From Diadema antillarum (lineage: Eukaryota): a DNA stretch of 64,000 nt. Below, one piece after another: positions 63,801 through 64,000 of the stretch. Location: NCBI RefSeq assembly GCF_040938485.1, contig NW_027271187.1:1302001-1366000 (forward strand), in the 5' to 3' direction. The notes under the pieces were generated by a model. It was given only the letters and a program-made list of their open reading frames with translations, ran no database searches and was not told the DNA's origin. Both the position numbers and the translations under genes were made by a program. How positions within the stretch are numbered: position 1 is the stretch's first letter; each line of letters begins with the position of its first letter.

Positions 63801-64000
63801 CGACGGATTTTCATCACTCTCAAAAGACATTCCTAATTTACCTTTTTCCTCCATAAAACACAAATAACGGTTAATTGTAATCCCAATGTATCTTACCATC
63901 TGTATGTCTAATGTGTTAGGTCACCTAGGTGACAAAACCATTTTTAATGCGAGAATGTTTTTGATTTCGAATTGATTTCAGGTGGCAGATTAACGAAGTT

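Overview
Eukaryotic (animal) genomic DNA: AT-rich, spliceosomal introns, microsatellites, and two assembly gaps (N at 9678-9826 and 21871-22011). An invertebrate deuterostome such as an echinoderm is my inference from gene and repeat style and is not proven. Five protein-coding genes could be spliced by hand with in-frame GT-AG junctions: FAM184A/B-like (minus, first two coding exons; the gene runs off the left edge), a Not/Noto homeobox gene (plus, 3 coding exons, about 466 aa), RCCD1 (minus, 6 exons, about 488 aa), MRPS26 (plus, 4 exons, about 242 aa, head-to-head with RCCD1) and MGMT (minus, 3 exons, about 182 aa). Between Not and RCCD1 lies a roughly 14 kb nested transposon stack. A CR1/L2-group LINE is split by a full-length but decayed Gypsy LTR element, which itself carries four smaller insertions. 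A second, Mag-like Gypsy sits at the end of the LINE remnant and is cut off by a Harbinger-like element. Housekeeping-gene introns are rich in MITEs, while the Not locus is nearly repeat-free. The most interesting non-repeat signal is an exact GRCGNC-N5-GTCTG Smad(/Schnurri) element lying on the predicted Not transcription start, plus a paired T-box site in the Not intron. No prokaryote-type system (CRISPR, operon) is supported.
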